DNA from: an uncultured Gammaproteobacteria bacterium
Lineage (GTDB): Bacteria; Patescibacteriota; Microgenomatia; UBA8517
Length of the DNA: 64,000 nt
Reading direction: 5' to 3'
NCBI GenBank assembly: GCA_964583685.1
Contig: CAZOVJ010000002.1
Span: 111,333 to 175,332 of the forward strand
Both the position numbers and the translations under genes were made by a program. Shown piece after piece: positions 49,233-58,986 of this stretch; the stretch's first letter is position 1, and each line of letters opens with the position of its first letter. The notes under the pieces were generated by a model, which was given only the letters and a program-made list of their open reading frames with translations, was not told the DNA's origin and did not search any database.

Positions 49233-50075
49233 TTATTCTGGCAAGTCAATCGCTATGACGCTCGTGTCGTCTGGTTTACGTCTGAAATTCTCCTCATCTT
49301 GAGCTCTGCTTTGAGCTTGACTAACCAGTTTTCTGGCTATCCCTTTTATTCCATTTCCACCTCCTTGGATAATCTCTTCTATCTCACTATCTCTCAGATT
49401 GTCAGATACCCCATCCGAAACAAGAATCATCCTGTCTCCAGCTTGAAGTGAAACAATCCTTTCATTCGGTTCTACTTTAGAGGGTCCTCCCAGTCCATTG
49501 GTAATGACATTTCTAGTATTGAAAAACACTTTTTGGTATAGAGTTGTAATTTTTTCTATATTCGCCATCTTTATCTGAATTTCCTTTGCCTCCTTTTTGC
49601 TCATTCTCCTCAAGGGATCAATATCATCCACGGTCAGATGTTGAAGTTCTCCTTCCCTAAATAAATAAATCCTACTATCGCCAGCATTACCAATAACAGC
49701 ATAAGTTCCATCCTTATCTCGAAAGAGTGCTACTGCAGAAACCGTAGTACCGCCTAATTTTTCCTTTCTGACTTCTTCATCAGCTGAATATATCGCCTTT
49801 ACCATCAACTCTCTTGCCTTTTCGCGGTCAAGAGGCTTATCTTCACTTCTCGAGCTAAATACTCTTTCTATCTCTTTAGCCCCAGTTTGCGCTGCCTGAG
49901 CAGAGCCTTTTCCCCTACCAATCCCATCGCAAAGGATAAACAAGGCCTCTTTTTCATTAACCAATATGCAGTCTCGATTTTCAGTCTCGCCAGGCCGTTC
50001 TTCACTTTTGGAATCTACCCTAAAACGAACAATAGGAGGAGCTTCTCCGCTTCTTATCTCCTCTTCCCCTGGCAT
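49233..50075 (-). CDS. PP2C/PPM family Ser/Thr phosphatase
   Basis: NRD, LCDGIG, GTT, NAGDSRIY, LTVD, VSDGV, DDTSVI; likely ATG at 50075. Confidence 0.9.
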   Translation of the reverse strand: MPGEEEIRSGEAPPIVRFRVDSKSEERPGETENRDCILVNEKEALFILCDGIGRGKGSAQAAQTGAKEIERVFSSRSEDKPLDREKARELMVKAIYSADEEVRKEKLGGTTVSAVALFRDKDGTYAVIGNAGDSRIYLFREGELQHLTVDDIDPLRRMSKKEAKEIQIKMANIEKITTLYQKVFFNTRNVITNGLGGPSKVEPNERIVSLQAGDRMILVSDGVSDNLRDSEIEEIIQGGGNGIKGIARKLVSQAQSRAQDEENFRRKPDDTSVIAIDLPE

Positions 50076-50079
50076 AAAA

Positions 50080-50946
50080 TCAAAGTCCTTCCTTTTCCAT
50101 CTCTCCAACCAATCTTTTTTGCTGACGGCTGAGTCGGCTAGGAACAGCTATGTTTATCCGAACATACTGGTCCCCACGGCCACGAAGTTGGACTATTCCC
50201 TTGCCTCGAAGACGAATCATTGTTCCGGGTTGAGTCCCAGGCCGAATCTTTAACTTTATCTCCCCATCATTAATAGTTGGCACTTCAATATTTCCTCCTA
50301 GGGCTGCCAATGAGTAGGGAATATTTACCCGTACAAAGATATCAGAACCGTCTCTTTCAAAAATATCGTGAGGTTTGACATTAAGAGAAAGGATAAAATC
50401 CCTAAAATTAATCCTTGTACCATCGTCAACTCCAGCCGGTATTTTTATTTTTCTCTTTCTGCCTCCTATCTCTATCTCCTTCTCGACTCCCTTGACCGCC
50501 TCCATAAAATCAATCGTCAAACTATAACGGGGAATCCTTGACCGACGAAAAGGAGAAGCCCCGGAAAAAAACTGTTCAAAGATTTCAAATGGATCGCCAA
50601 AATCAAAACCAGCAAAAGGGCTACCACCCGTGCTTGTGTAAGTATAAGTAAATGGACCCCAACGGCCTGTTTGACCAAACGGTCCAGCCGTGCCAAATCC
50701 AGGTGCACCACCAGGAGAAAAGGCTGTATGGCCAAACTGGTCATAAGCCCGCCTTTTCTCCGAATCAGAAAGAATTTGATATGCCTGATTTATCTCTTTG
50801 AAGCGTTTCTCAGCAACTTCCTTATTATACTTATGTTTATCAGGGTGCCACTCCAGGGCTTGCTTCCTATAAGCCCTTTTTATCTCCTCAGCCGAAGAAT
50901 CCTTGGAGATTCCCAAAATGTCATAATAATCACTTTTCGCCGCCAC
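50080..50946 (-). CDS. dnaJ: DnaJ (class B, no zinc finger)
   Basis: J domain with HPD, G/F-rich region, C-terminal domain; no CxxCxGxG repeats. Confidence 0.93.
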   Translation of the reverse strand: MAAKSDYYDILGISKDSSAEEIKRAYRKQALEWHPDKHKYNKEVAEKRFKEINQAYQILSDSEKRRAYDQFGHTAFSPGGAPGFGTAGPFGQTGRWGPFTYTYTSTGGSPFAGFDFGDPFEIFEQFFSGASPFRRSRIPRYSLTIDFMEAVKGVEKEIEIGGRKRKIKIPAGVDDGTRINFRDFILSLNVKPHDIFERDGSDIFVRVNIPYSLAALGGNIEVPTINDGEIKLKIRPGTQPGTMIRLRGKGIVQLRGRGDQYVRINIAVPSRLSRQQKRLVGEMEKEGL

Positions 50947-50950
50947 ACCC

Positions 50951-52846
50951 TTAGTTTACTACTTCCCCTTCTTCCGCTTTTTCCTTATCCTTAGTTTTCT
51001 TACTCTTTGTCTTAGTTTGTTTCTTGCTTGGCTGGCCCGGTGAAGAACCTGCTGAACCATACATGGCCGCCCCTATCTTTTGAAGCTCTTCAGACAACTC
51101 CTGAGTTTTCTTTTCCAGTTTCTCTTTATCGGCCTTATCTAAAACTTCCTTGAGAGCCTTAATTTTTTCTTCTACCTTTTCCTTGACACTTTTAGAAACC
51201 TTATCCCCTGCATCCTTTAAGGCTTTCTCCGAGGCAGCAATCAGAGAATCAGCCTTGTTCCTAGCCTCAATCTGGCCAGCCTTTTTCTCATCTTCTTCTT
51301 TATACTTCTTGGCCTCTTCCTGCATTCTTTTAATTTCATCTTCTGAAAGACCAACCGCACCGGTTATAGTTATATTTTGAGTTTTTCCAGTTGCCTTATC
51401 TTGAGCAGTAACCTTCAAGATTCCCGAAGCATCAATGTCGAAAGTGACCTCTATTTGGGGCATTCCCCGAGGGGCTGGAGGAATTCCGTCAAGAGTAAAG
51501 CGACCAAGGCTTTTATTGTCAGCAGATATCGACCGCTCTCCTTGGGTAACATGAATTTCAACCTGTGTTTGGTTATCGGCCGCGGTTGAGAAAATGTTTT
51601 TCTTGGAAGTTGGAATTGTTGTATTTCTCGAAATCATCGCCGTGGCTACCCCTCCAAGGGTTTCAATGGCCAGGGTCAAGGGCGTCACATCAAGAAGCAA
51701 AACATCTTTCACCTCGCCTGCCAAAACCCCTGCCTGAATGGCTGCCCCCACAGCCACCACCTCATCCGGATTAACACTTTTGTTGGGCTCTTTGTCAAAA
51801 TATTCTTTAACTGCCTGGATCACCTTGGGCATCCTGGTCATCCCACCGACTAAAATAACCTCGTCCACGTCATGAGGATCAAGTTTGGCATCTTTCAAGC
51901 ATGCCTCGACCGGTTTCATTGCCCTTTCAATCAAATCCTCAACCAAGCTCTCATACTTAGCCCGGGTCAGTTTCATGGTCAAATGAAATGGTCGGCCGTC
52001 TTTTTGGGTTATATAGGGTTGATTTATTTCAACCTCTGAGGCAGCCGAAAGCTCAATCTTAGCCTTCTCAGCCGTATCTCTAATCCTTTGTAGAGCCTGT
52101 CTGTCGGCTTTCAGGTCAACGCTATATTCCTTTTTAAACTCGGCCACAATCCAATCAACAATCTTCTCGTCAAAATCATCCCCTCCCAGATGAGTATCAC
52201 CATTAGTTGCTTTTACCTCAAATACTCCATCTCCAAGCTCCAAAATTGAAATATCAAAGGTTCCTCCACCCAAATCATAAACAGCAATCTTTTCTGTCTT
52301 TTTTTTATCCAACCCATAAGCAAGAGCGGCTGCTGTTGGTTCGTTGATAATTCTCTTAACCTTAAGCCCGGCGATTTCTCCCGCCTGTTTTGTAGTCTGG
52401 CGCTGAGAATCATCAAAGTAAGCAGGAACAGTAATCACTGCCTCCTCAACCCCTTCACCCAGATAAGCTTCGGCGTCTTTCTTAAGTTTGCCAAGAATCC
52501 TGGCTGAAATTTCTTGAGGAGTGTAGGTCTTGCCTTCAACCTCAACAACTACCATCGAATCCTTGCCTGATTTGACTAAGTAGGGAACCATTTTTTGGGT
52601 TTTCTTTACCTGCGCATCGCTAATCCTTCTCCCCATTAAGCGTTTAATAGAGTAAATAGTATTCTTGGGATTAAGAATCATCTGTCGTTTAGCCACATCA
52701 CCAATGAGATTCTTGACCGGCTCAACAGCCGAGGGTGTAAGATTTCGACCAGTATCAGCCGCAGGAATGACCTTTGGACGTCCTCCTTCCATCACTGCCA
52801 CGACACTGTTCGTGGTTCCCAAATCAATTCCAATAATTTTTCCCAT
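50951..52846 (-). CDS. dnaK: Chaperone DnaK
   Basis: [33 protein letters not shown]. Confidence 0.99.
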   Translation of the reverse strand: MGKIIGIDLGTTNSVVAVMEGGRPKVIPAADTGRNLTPSAVEPVKNLIGDVAKRQMILNPKNTIYSIKRLMGRRISDAQVKKTQKMVPYLVKSGKDSMVVVEVEGKTYTPQEISARILGKLKKDAEAYLGEGVEEAVITVPAYFDDSQRQTTKQAGEIAGLKVKRIINEPTAAALAYGLDKKKTEKIAVYDLGGGTFDISILELGDGVFEVKATNGDTHLGGDDFDEKIVDWIVAEFKKEYSVDLKADRQALQRIRDTAEKAKIELSAASEVEINQPYITQKDGRPFHLTMKLTRAKYESLVEDLIERAMKPVEACLKDAKLDPHDVDEVILVGGMTRMPKVIQAVKEYFDKEPNKSVNPDEVVAVGAAIQAGVLAGEVKDVLLLDVTPLTLAIETLGGVATAMISRNTTIPTSKKNIFSTAADNQTQVEIHVTQGERSISADNKSLGRFTLDGIPPAPRGMPQIEVTFDIDASGILKVTAQDKATGKTQNITITGAVGLSEDEIKRMQEEAKKYKEEDEKKAGQIEARNKADSLIAASEKALKDAGDKVSKSVKEKVEEKIKALKEVLDKADKEKLEKKTQELSEELQKIGAAMYGSAGSSPGQPSKKQTKTKSKKTKDKEKAEEGEVVN

Positions 52847-52849
52847 ACT

Positions 52850-53269
52850 TTATTTATACACCTGAACTCGAGCTGGCCTGATAATTGGACCGTCTTTAAA
52901 CTTCCAACCAGCCAAAAGAACTTTGGCAATCATTCCCTTTTTCCCGCCAGCGACAATTTCCACTGTCTCATGTATTTTTTCATCAAATTTTATTCCTCTA
53001 CCTGCCTTAATTCCCTGTACATTTTCGTCTTTCAGTATATCTCTGAATTCTTTTATTATAATGGCCAATCCCTGATCCTGAAAGTGCTTCTGTGCATCTT
53101 CAAGCATATCTAAAAGGCTTAGGAATCTGGCTATGAGTCTCATGTTCATCAACTTTCCAATCTCTGCTCTCTCTTTCTCAACCCTTTTCCTCAAATTATC
53201 ATAATCAGCCAGTGCCCGAGCCAGTTGATTCTCTAATTCAGATTTGGTTCTGGATTTAGATCTACTCAT
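52850..53269 (-). CDS. grpE: Nucleotide exchange factor GrpE (short)
   Basis: RALADYDNLRKR, FD..IHE, GW..IIRPARV. Confidence 0.93.
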   Translation of the reverse strand: MSRSKSRTKSELENQLARALADYDNLRKRVEKERAEIGKLMNMRLIARFLSLLDMLEDAQKHFQDQGLAIIIKEFRDILKDENVQGIKAGRGIKFDEKIHETVEIVAGGKKGMIAKVLLAGWKFKDGPIIRPARVQVYK

Positions 53270-53999
53270 CAGCTTCCAAACACTCTTGGATTAAATTCCC
53301 AAAATACTTAACCATTGGTATAATAGCCGAGTAGTTAAGCCGAAAGGGACCGATTACTCCAATCGCCCCATCTTTCCTGGCAGCAGAAAATCGAGTAGCA
53401 ACCATCCCTATCGGCTTAAAATCGGGCCAGCCTAGCTCCTCACCAAAAAGCACCTCAATCGATGAAAGGCCAGTTAATCTTTCAAAGAAAAGTTCATGAA
53501 GTCTTTTGCCTTCTTCCAAAAAAGAAAAAAGACTTCGACAAACCTGCAAGTCTGAGAATTCAGGGCTTGCAAATAGATGAGCATAACCCCAGCGCCAGAC
53601 ATTGCCTTCGTCACTCAATCCTACTGCCAAAGTCTGAGTCTTATCCGCCAAGACCTGTGTTGCTTCAGACATCAGCTGCTCAAAATTATGACCTACATTT
53701 TGTAACTTGAGTTTTGCTTTCACCTCGTCTGTCAAGTTTATCTGTTTCTCTTCCATCAGCTGATTTATATAAAACTTCATGGCCAGAGGAGTAGGCACTC
53801 TTCCCGCTGAAGTGTGCGGCTGCCTCAAATATCCAAATTTAAGCAGATTTCCCATTTCTTTTCGAATCGTTGCCGGCGAGACCCCTAGATTATATTTCTT
53901 TTCTAAAGAAACCGAGCCGACCGGTTCTGCTGTAGCAATATATTCATCTATTAAAGATTTCAATATTTGGGTCTGCCTTGCGTTCAATGCCGCTGTCAT
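53262..53999 (-). CDS. hrcA: Heat-inducible repressor HrcA (short)
   Basis: YIATAEPVGS, VSPATIR, QPHTSAGRVPT, GVIGP.RLNY; likely ATG at 53999. Confidence 0.95.
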   Translation of the reverse strand: MTAALNARQTQILKSLIDEYIATAEPVGSVSLEKKYNLGVSPATIRKEMGNLLKFGYLRQPHTSAGRVPTPLAMKFYINQLMEEKQINLTDEVKAKLKLQNVGHNFEQLMSEATQVLADKTQTLAVGLSDEGNVWRWGYAHLFASPEFSDLQVCRSLFSFLEEGKRLHELFFERLTGLSSIEVLFGEELGWPDFKPIGMVATRFSAARKDGAIGVIGPFRLNYSAIIPMVKYFGNLIQECLEADE

Positions 54000-54016
54000 T
54001 AGCATTCTATATACCA

Positions 54017-54043
54017 CTAGCACTCACCCATGTCAAGTGCTAA
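54017..54043. promoter_or_regulatory. CIRCE operator overlapping the hrcA promoter
   Basis: CTAGCACTC-N9-AAGTGCTAA (one mismatch per arm versus TTAGCACTC-N9-GAGTGCTAA); minus-strand TTGACA at 54031-54036. Confidence 0.92.
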
Positions 54044-55749
54044 TTTTGGATTTCGTGGGCAGGCGGGGTAAGAGGCTCTGGCTCTTTGGGCGGGGGTGAT
54101 ATTTTGAACTTCTTGATGCTATCAAATAAAGCAAAAAACTCTTTTGACTTTAAAACAAAAGAAATACCAAGATAGATGCCAAGGCCAACTGCAGCAACCA
54201 CTCCTGTTAGAATCAGCAAATTAAAGGTATAGCGCGTGTCTAAGACAAAACGCTCAAAGGGGAGAGCGGTGGCGTCAATTTTACTTAAAAAAGAAAGTCT
54301 TTTTACCCAGACAGACCTGTCGAAGAACTTTAAAAGAAAAAACATAACAGCTCCCGACATAAGAGATGCGATAACACTTTTGCAAACAGGCAATAAAGCG
54401 CTAAAAAGCGGAATCCCACCCACTTTTTTGCCCAAAAGATAAAAAAGGACCATTGCTTGAACCCCTACCCCAAAAGAGAAAGAGACGGCCAAAGAATAAA
54501 GTGGTAAAGAAAATCCCTTGACAAGAACAATATCAACCAAAATTATTAAAATAACGCTTGATAAAGAGACGATTACCGGAGTCCTCGTGTCATGAAGGGC
54601 ATAAAAAGCCCTGGCTAAAAGAGCAACTACTGCCTGGAAAACGATACCAACAGCAAAAGCAGATACTACCATGCCTGTTTGGACCGTGGCTTCCCAAGTG
54701 AAGTTTCTGGCACCAAAAACAAGTCTTACTAAGGGGATTCTTAAAACCATAAGAATCGTTGCCGTTGGTAGGACCAAAAAGACAATTTCATAAAAAGTTG
54801 TTAGAAAAGTTCTTCTGAATTTATTTAAATTGTCCCCTTGACGAGCCAGGGTTGGTAGAGCTGCCTTAGCCAAAGATGAACCAAAAAGGCTAACAGGTAA
54901 AAGCTGTAGGCTATTGGCAAAAGTAAAATATGTATAGGAAGCAGTTGATATCAGGGAAGCCAGAAAAAGCTCTACAGTTTTTTCTACCTGTAGGAAAGAA
55001 AGGTCGAGCACGCGGGGCAAGGCAAGCTTGCCAATCTTCTTGACAGTCTGATTTGGCCTAAGTTTAGCTGTAAATCTGAAGCCAAGCTTCCGGGCCAGAG
55101 GGAGCTGAACCAGCAAATGGGCCAAGGCTCCAACCACAACCCCGATAACTGGGGCAAAGAGGCCAAGACGTGAATTTAAGATTACTATTCCAAAAATTAT
55201 TCCCAAGTTATACAAAATCGGTGCAAAGGCAGGAACCAGAAATCTTCTCGAAGACTCAAGGACACCAGTTAAAACATAACTTATGACAAACAAACCCTGG
55301 GCAAGAAAAAGTATACGGGCTAAATTAACAATCCTCTCTATTTGGAAAACAGTGAAGCCCGGTGCAACCAAACTATAAATCTGTCTTGCCCAAATACCAA
55401 AGATAAAAGCCAGGGGAATAAAAATTAGCAGACCGATATTGACAACTCTAGCGGCAGTATCCCAGGCTTCTTTTTCCTTTAGTTTCAAGGTCTTCGTAAA
55501 TACTGGTATGAAGGCGGAGGAAAACATGCCGAAAACTAAAATTTCGAAAACTGTGTCCGGCAAGCGAAAGGCAGCAAAAAACAGAGAAAGCTCCTCTCCT
55601 GTAAAAAAGTGGACAAGAACCCTTTGGCGAACAAGGCCAAGAACACGAGAAGTAATAATCATAACCATAATTACGGTGGCAGCAGAAAGAATGGATTCCT
55701 GCGGAGAAGTTAAAATCCTTTTACCTTGAGAAAAGATTCTTCTAAACAT
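54040..55749 (-). CDS. murJ: Lipid II flippase MurJ (MviN)
   Basis: SRVLGLVR, FFAAFRLPD, SAFIPVF, RAFYALHDTRTP. Confidence 0.95.
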   Translation of the reverse strand: MFRRIFSQGKRILTSPQESILSAATVIMVMIITSRVLGLVRQRVLVHFFTGEELSLFFAAFRLPDTVFEILVFGMFSSAFIPVFTKTLKLKEKEAWDTAARVVNIGLLIFIPLAFIFGIWARQIYSLVAPGFTVFQIERIVNLARILFLAQGLFVISYVLTGVLESSRRFLVPAFAPILYNLGIIFGIVILNSRLGLFAPVIGVVVGALAHLLVQLPLARKLGFRFTAKLRPNQTVKKIGKLALPRVLDLSFLQVEKTVELFLASLISTASYTYFTFANSLQLLPVSLFGSSLAKAALPTLARQGDNLNKFRRTFLTTFYEIVFLVLPTATILMVLRIPLVRLVFGARNFTWEATVQTGMVVSAFAVGIVFQAVVALLARAFYALHDTRTPVIVSLSSVILIILVDIVLVKGFSLPLYSLAVSFSFGVGVQAMVLFYLLGKKVGGIPLFSALLPVCKSVIASLMSGAVMFFLLKFFDRSVWVKRLSFLSKIDATALPFERFVLDTRYTFNLLILTGVVAAVGLGIYLGISFVLKSKEFFALFDSIKKFKISPPPKEPEPLTPPAHEIQN

Positions 55750-55750
55750 A

Positions 55751-55800
55751 TTGATATTCTTGTGTTTTTAAATTATACTCAGTCACTAATCACTAGTCAC
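55751..55800. promoter_or_regulatory. Overlapping divergent promoters for murJ and rpsT
   Basis: Plus strand TTGATA-N17-TATACT; minus strand TATAAT overlapping it with GTGACT 17 nt upstream. Confidence 0.6.
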
Positions 55801-55815
55801 TAATCACTATTCACC
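55781..55815. repeat. Tandem heptamer repeat, 5 copies
   Basis: agtcact aatcact agtcact aatcact attcacc. Confidence 0.85.
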
Positions 55816-55826
55816 AGATTACACCC

Positions 55827-56087
55827 ATGCCAGTAAGCAAAACAGCCAAAAGAGCCCTAAGGGCATCAAAAAAAAAGACCATTGTCAATAAGATTATCTT
55901 CAGCAATCTTGAAAAGGTTATGAGGCAGGCCAAAAAAGACAAGGTCCCTCAGACAATTAGGAAAGCCATTTCTTTGGCTGACCGGGCCGCAAAAAAGAAA
56001 ATAATTCACAAAAATAAAGCAGCCAGAATCAAAAGCTCTCTTTCAAAACTTCTGGCTAAGAGCAAAAAAAAGGCAGTCAAAAAGTAA
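55827..56087 (+). CDS. rpsT: 30S ribosomal protein S20
   Basis: MPVSKTAKRALR..DRAAKKKIIHKNKAARIKS. Confidence 0.95.
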   Translation: MPVSKTAKRALRASKKKTIVNKIIFSNLEKVMRQAKKDKVPQTIRKAISLADRAAKKKIIHKNKAARIKSSLSKLLAKSKKKAVKK

Positions 56088-56133
56088 TCCAATATATGCT
56101 ATATTGAATTTAGTATTGGACTAAGACTATTTT

Positions 56134-56673
56134 ATGACTGCTCTACAGATTAATCTTTTACCTCAGGAAGAATTTGCCGCCTCCACTTTGGGGAGGATAT
56201 TAACTTGGTTACTTTCAACTTTCCGAATAATAGTAATTGTCACTGAAATGATTGTTATGTCTTCTTTTTTTCTCCGATTTTGGTTCGACGCCAAATTGAC
56301 TGACCTCTCTGAAGAGATTCAACAAAAACAAGCGATAATCAGTTCCTATTCTTCTTTTGAAAAGGATTTCAGGCTTGCCCAAAAAAAACTTAGGATATTC
56401 TCATCATCGACTTCTGACCAGAAAAGCCTAGAACTCTTCCAAGGTCTCATCTCTTGCTTACCGGAAAACATCCAGCTAAATTCCTATTCTGCCAGCCTCA
56501 ACGATTTGCAAATAAAAGCAATGAGTACCAACGAACAATCAATTGCTCAATTTATAGCCAACCTGGAAAACAAAGAACAATTTAAAAATGTTTCTTTGAG
56601 AAACCTTGAAACAAATAAGGACGACCTGTTCATTGGTTTCCTGATCAAAGTTAATCTGAAAGGAGATATATAA
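56134..56673 (+). CDS. PilN-like type IV pilus assembly protein
   Basis: INLLP N-terminal motif, TM, coiled coil, LPENIQL..IAQFIANLE..F.NV.L. Confidence 0.78.
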   Translation: MTALQINLLPQEEFAASTLGRILTWLLSTFRIIVIVTEMIVMSSFFLRFWFDAKLTDLSEEIQQKQAIISSYSSFEKDFRLAQKKLRIFSSSTSDQKSLELFQGLISCLPENIQLNSYSASLNDLQIKAMSTNEQSIAQFIANLENKEQFKNVSLRNLETNKDDLFIGFLIKVNLKGDI

Positions 56674-57329
56674 TGGCTCTTGGTTGGAAACGAAGATATC
56701 TTCGTTATCAAAAATATTATTTAAATATCCTTGCCCTTTACAAAAAACGCCAGGATTTAAAAATGTTCTTAGAAATTCTTCTTTCTCTGGCCACAATTGC
56801 CTTTTTCGCTGTTTTTGCCTTGAAACCAACCCTCCTGACTATCGCCCAGCTAAAGAGGGAGGTAGATACTAAAAAAGAAACAGTCGTCAAAATGGAACAA
56901 AAAATTCAGAATTTGTCTCGTGCTTCAGCCCTTTTTAATCGAGAAATATCCAGGCTTTCACTGCTCGATACGGCTGTTCCGAGCAATCCTTCTCCCGGCT
57001 TAGAAGTAAGACAAATTGAAGGAATAGCGAAAAAAAATAAAGTAAGCATTTTGGGAATATCTCTAGGAGAAATTACCCTTGTCGGCCAAGAAAAGGAAAA
57101 GTTCAAAGAGAAAAAAGAGTTAAAAGAATTTCCTGAAGGAGCGAAAGCAATAAGTCTCTCGATTAATGTTTCGGGCACATATCCTGATTTGGTTGCCTTT
57201 CTTTCTGATTTAGAAAGCCTGAGAAGGCCATTGCGGATAGATGCAATCTCTTTTAATCTAATTTCCACAGAAGAAAAACAAACAATTGTCTTGACGCTAG
57301 CTGGCCGGGCACCTTATCTTAAGGACTAA
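56673..57329 (+). CDS. PilO-like type IV pilus assembly protein
   Basis: TM, coiled coil, AVP, ISLSINVSGTY.DL.AFL.DLESL.R; follows the pilN-like gene. Confidence 0.78.
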   Translation: MALGWKRRYLRYQKYYLNILALYKKRQDLKMFLEILLSLATIAFFAVFALKPTLLTIAQLKREVDTKKETVVKMEQKIQNLSRASALFNREISRLSLLDTAVPSNPSPGLEVRQIEGIAKKNKVSILGISLGEITLVGQEKEKFKEKKELKEFPEGAKAISLSINVSGTYPDLVAFLSDLESLRRPLRIDAISFNLISTEEKQTIVLTLAGRAPYLKD

Positions 57330-57337
57330 ATAGCTTA

Positions 57338-57619
57338 ATGAAAAAACAAAGAGTCAAAACACCAAGTCTAGTTATCATCGCCATCCTGACGGTAATCACC
57401 ATCGCTTTTTGGATAGCATTCAATGTTTTTAGAACCCTGACTATAAAAACACCGTCGTCTGTTCCCCTGGAAATTCTCTCCCCTCTTAATCCCAATCTTG
57501 ACTCACCGGCCCTTAAAGGGCTACAAGAAAGGATACAATTAACAAACACAGAGATCGACAGCATGGAAGCACCGGAAATAAGTTCCTTGGCCAGTCCAGA
57601 AGGAGAAATTAATGAATAA
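57338..57619 (+). CDS. Small single-pass membrane protein
   Basis: 93 aa with N-terminal TM, co-oriented in the pilN/pilO operon. Confidence 0.7.
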   Translation: MKKQRVKTPSLVIIAILTVITIAFWIAFNVFRTLTIKTPSSVPLEILSPLNPNLDSPALKGLQERIQLTNTEIDSMEAPEISSLASPEGEINE

Positions 57620-58961
57620 ACTCAAAATGAATAAGCTAAAATTACCAACATTGATTGCTGTTATAGTTCTCACCATGGGGCTGGCAGCCGGCGTTCTTTT
57701 GTTACAAAGTAAACAAATCTTTAAACTCGGGGCCTCTCCTGACATTGCCCCAAAAGATGTCAGGATAACAAATATTACGGACACTTCCTTTACTGTCTCC
57801 TGGACAACAGATAAAAAAACCAGTGGTTTTATTATTTGGGGAAAAACTGAACAATTGGGACAGACAACAATTCCGGAAAACCAAGGATTAAAAAACGTTC
57901 ATTCAATAACCACTAGACAGCTTTCTCTTGAAACAGCTTACTTTTTAAAAATCAATTCCAATGCCAACGAATTTGATAATAGTGGAATTCCCTGGCGGAT
58001 GAAAACCGGTCCCTCTCTTAAAATCCTCTCTGTTCCGGGAATCATTTCCGGCTCTATTTTGACCGCCACTGGACAACCAGCAGCAGAAGTTACTGTTTTT
58101 GTCAGTGCCGGAGGAATCAGCCCTCTGTCGGCAACAACTTCTCAGGATGGCAGTTGGGTAATTCCCTTGTCTAACATCCGCAGTGCGGACCTTTCTTCAT
58201 TTGGGCAGTTAAAACAGGCAAATGTTCTTTTAGAAATCTTTGTTCAAGGAGGCCCGCTGGGAGTTGCTACTGCCAAAATCTTTACCAATTCGGCTAATCC
58301 CACCCCCCATATCATTCTCGGTAAAACACATGATTTTAGAAATGAGCCGGCAAATGAAGCTTCCGAACTGCCCGAGGCCTCAATCAATTTACCAGAAGAA
58401 TCCACGCCCTCTTCTGGCTTTGAAATCCCTGAGGAAATAGCCACACCTTCGGGGGAAACAATCAGTATAGAAAGTATAAGTGAAGGAGAAACTATAAGTT
58501 CCACCGAGCCAGAATTCTTCGGGAAAGGGCCTTCGGGAACCATTATTACTATTACCATCGAATCAGACCCGATCTCCGCTCAAACAACTGTTAATTCTTC
58601 GGGAAATTGGAATTGGAACCCACCAGAAGAACTAGAAGAAGGAACACATCAAATTACTCTTTCTTGGAAAGACAGCAATGATATCTTAAGGACCTTAACC
58701 CGAAACTTCATTGTTCAAGCAGCAGAAGGGCCTGCTTTTGAATCAACACCCTCGGCTGAGCCGACTGCTTCTCCATCTCCTTCTCCAACTCCCTCTGCCA
58801 GCCCTTCAGCCTCTCCCCGTGTAAGCCTACCCTCTACTGAATCAGGAACCCCAATTCCCGGAACCTTGACACCCACTCTAGTCTTGTTTACGATAGGAAC
58901 AGGGCTACTTACTTTGAGTGGAGCACTTGTTTATTTATTGTTGTTTCATAAACAAAATTAA
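57612..58961 (+). CDS. Surface protein: FnIII-like and Ig-like domains, Ser/Pro linker, C-terminal TM
   Basis: Signal/TM; VRITNITDTSFTVSWTT; PEFFGKG..GNWNW.P..L..G.H.ITL; SPSP linker; TPIPG plus hydrophobic tail. Confidence 0.78.
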   Translation: MNKLKMNKLKLPTLIAVIVLTMGLAAGVLLLQSKQIFKLGASPDIAPKDVRITNITDTSFTVSWTTDKKTSGFIIWGKTEQLGQTTIPENQGLKNVHSITTRQLSLETAYFLKINSNANEFDNSGIPWRMKTGPSLKILSVPGIISGSILTATGQPAAEVTVFVSAGGISPLSATTSQDGSWVIPLSNIRSADLSSFGQLKQANVLLEIFVQGGPLGVATAKIFTNSANPTPHIILGKTHDFRNEPANEASELPEASINLPEESTPSSGFEIPEEIATPSGETISIESISEGETISSTEPEFFGKGPSGTIITITIESDPISAQTTVNSSGNWNWNPPEELEEGTHQITLSWKDSNDILRTLTRNFIVQAAEGPAFESTPSAEPTASPSPSPTPSASPSASPRVSLPSTESGTPIPGTLTPTLVLFTIGTGLLTLSGALVYLLLFHKQN

Positions 58962-58986
58962 AAGTCAGGGCCCAAAATTTTAAACA

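Noticed and set aside
55750-55830. Possible replication origin at the gene-strand switch
   Set aside because: No DnaA boxes or dnaA/dnaN seen, the spacer is under 80 bp and it is explained by divergent promoters
57612-57641. 15-bp duplication encoding MNKLK MNKLK
   Set aside because: Only two copies at an N-terminus; it affects start choice and has no evident function
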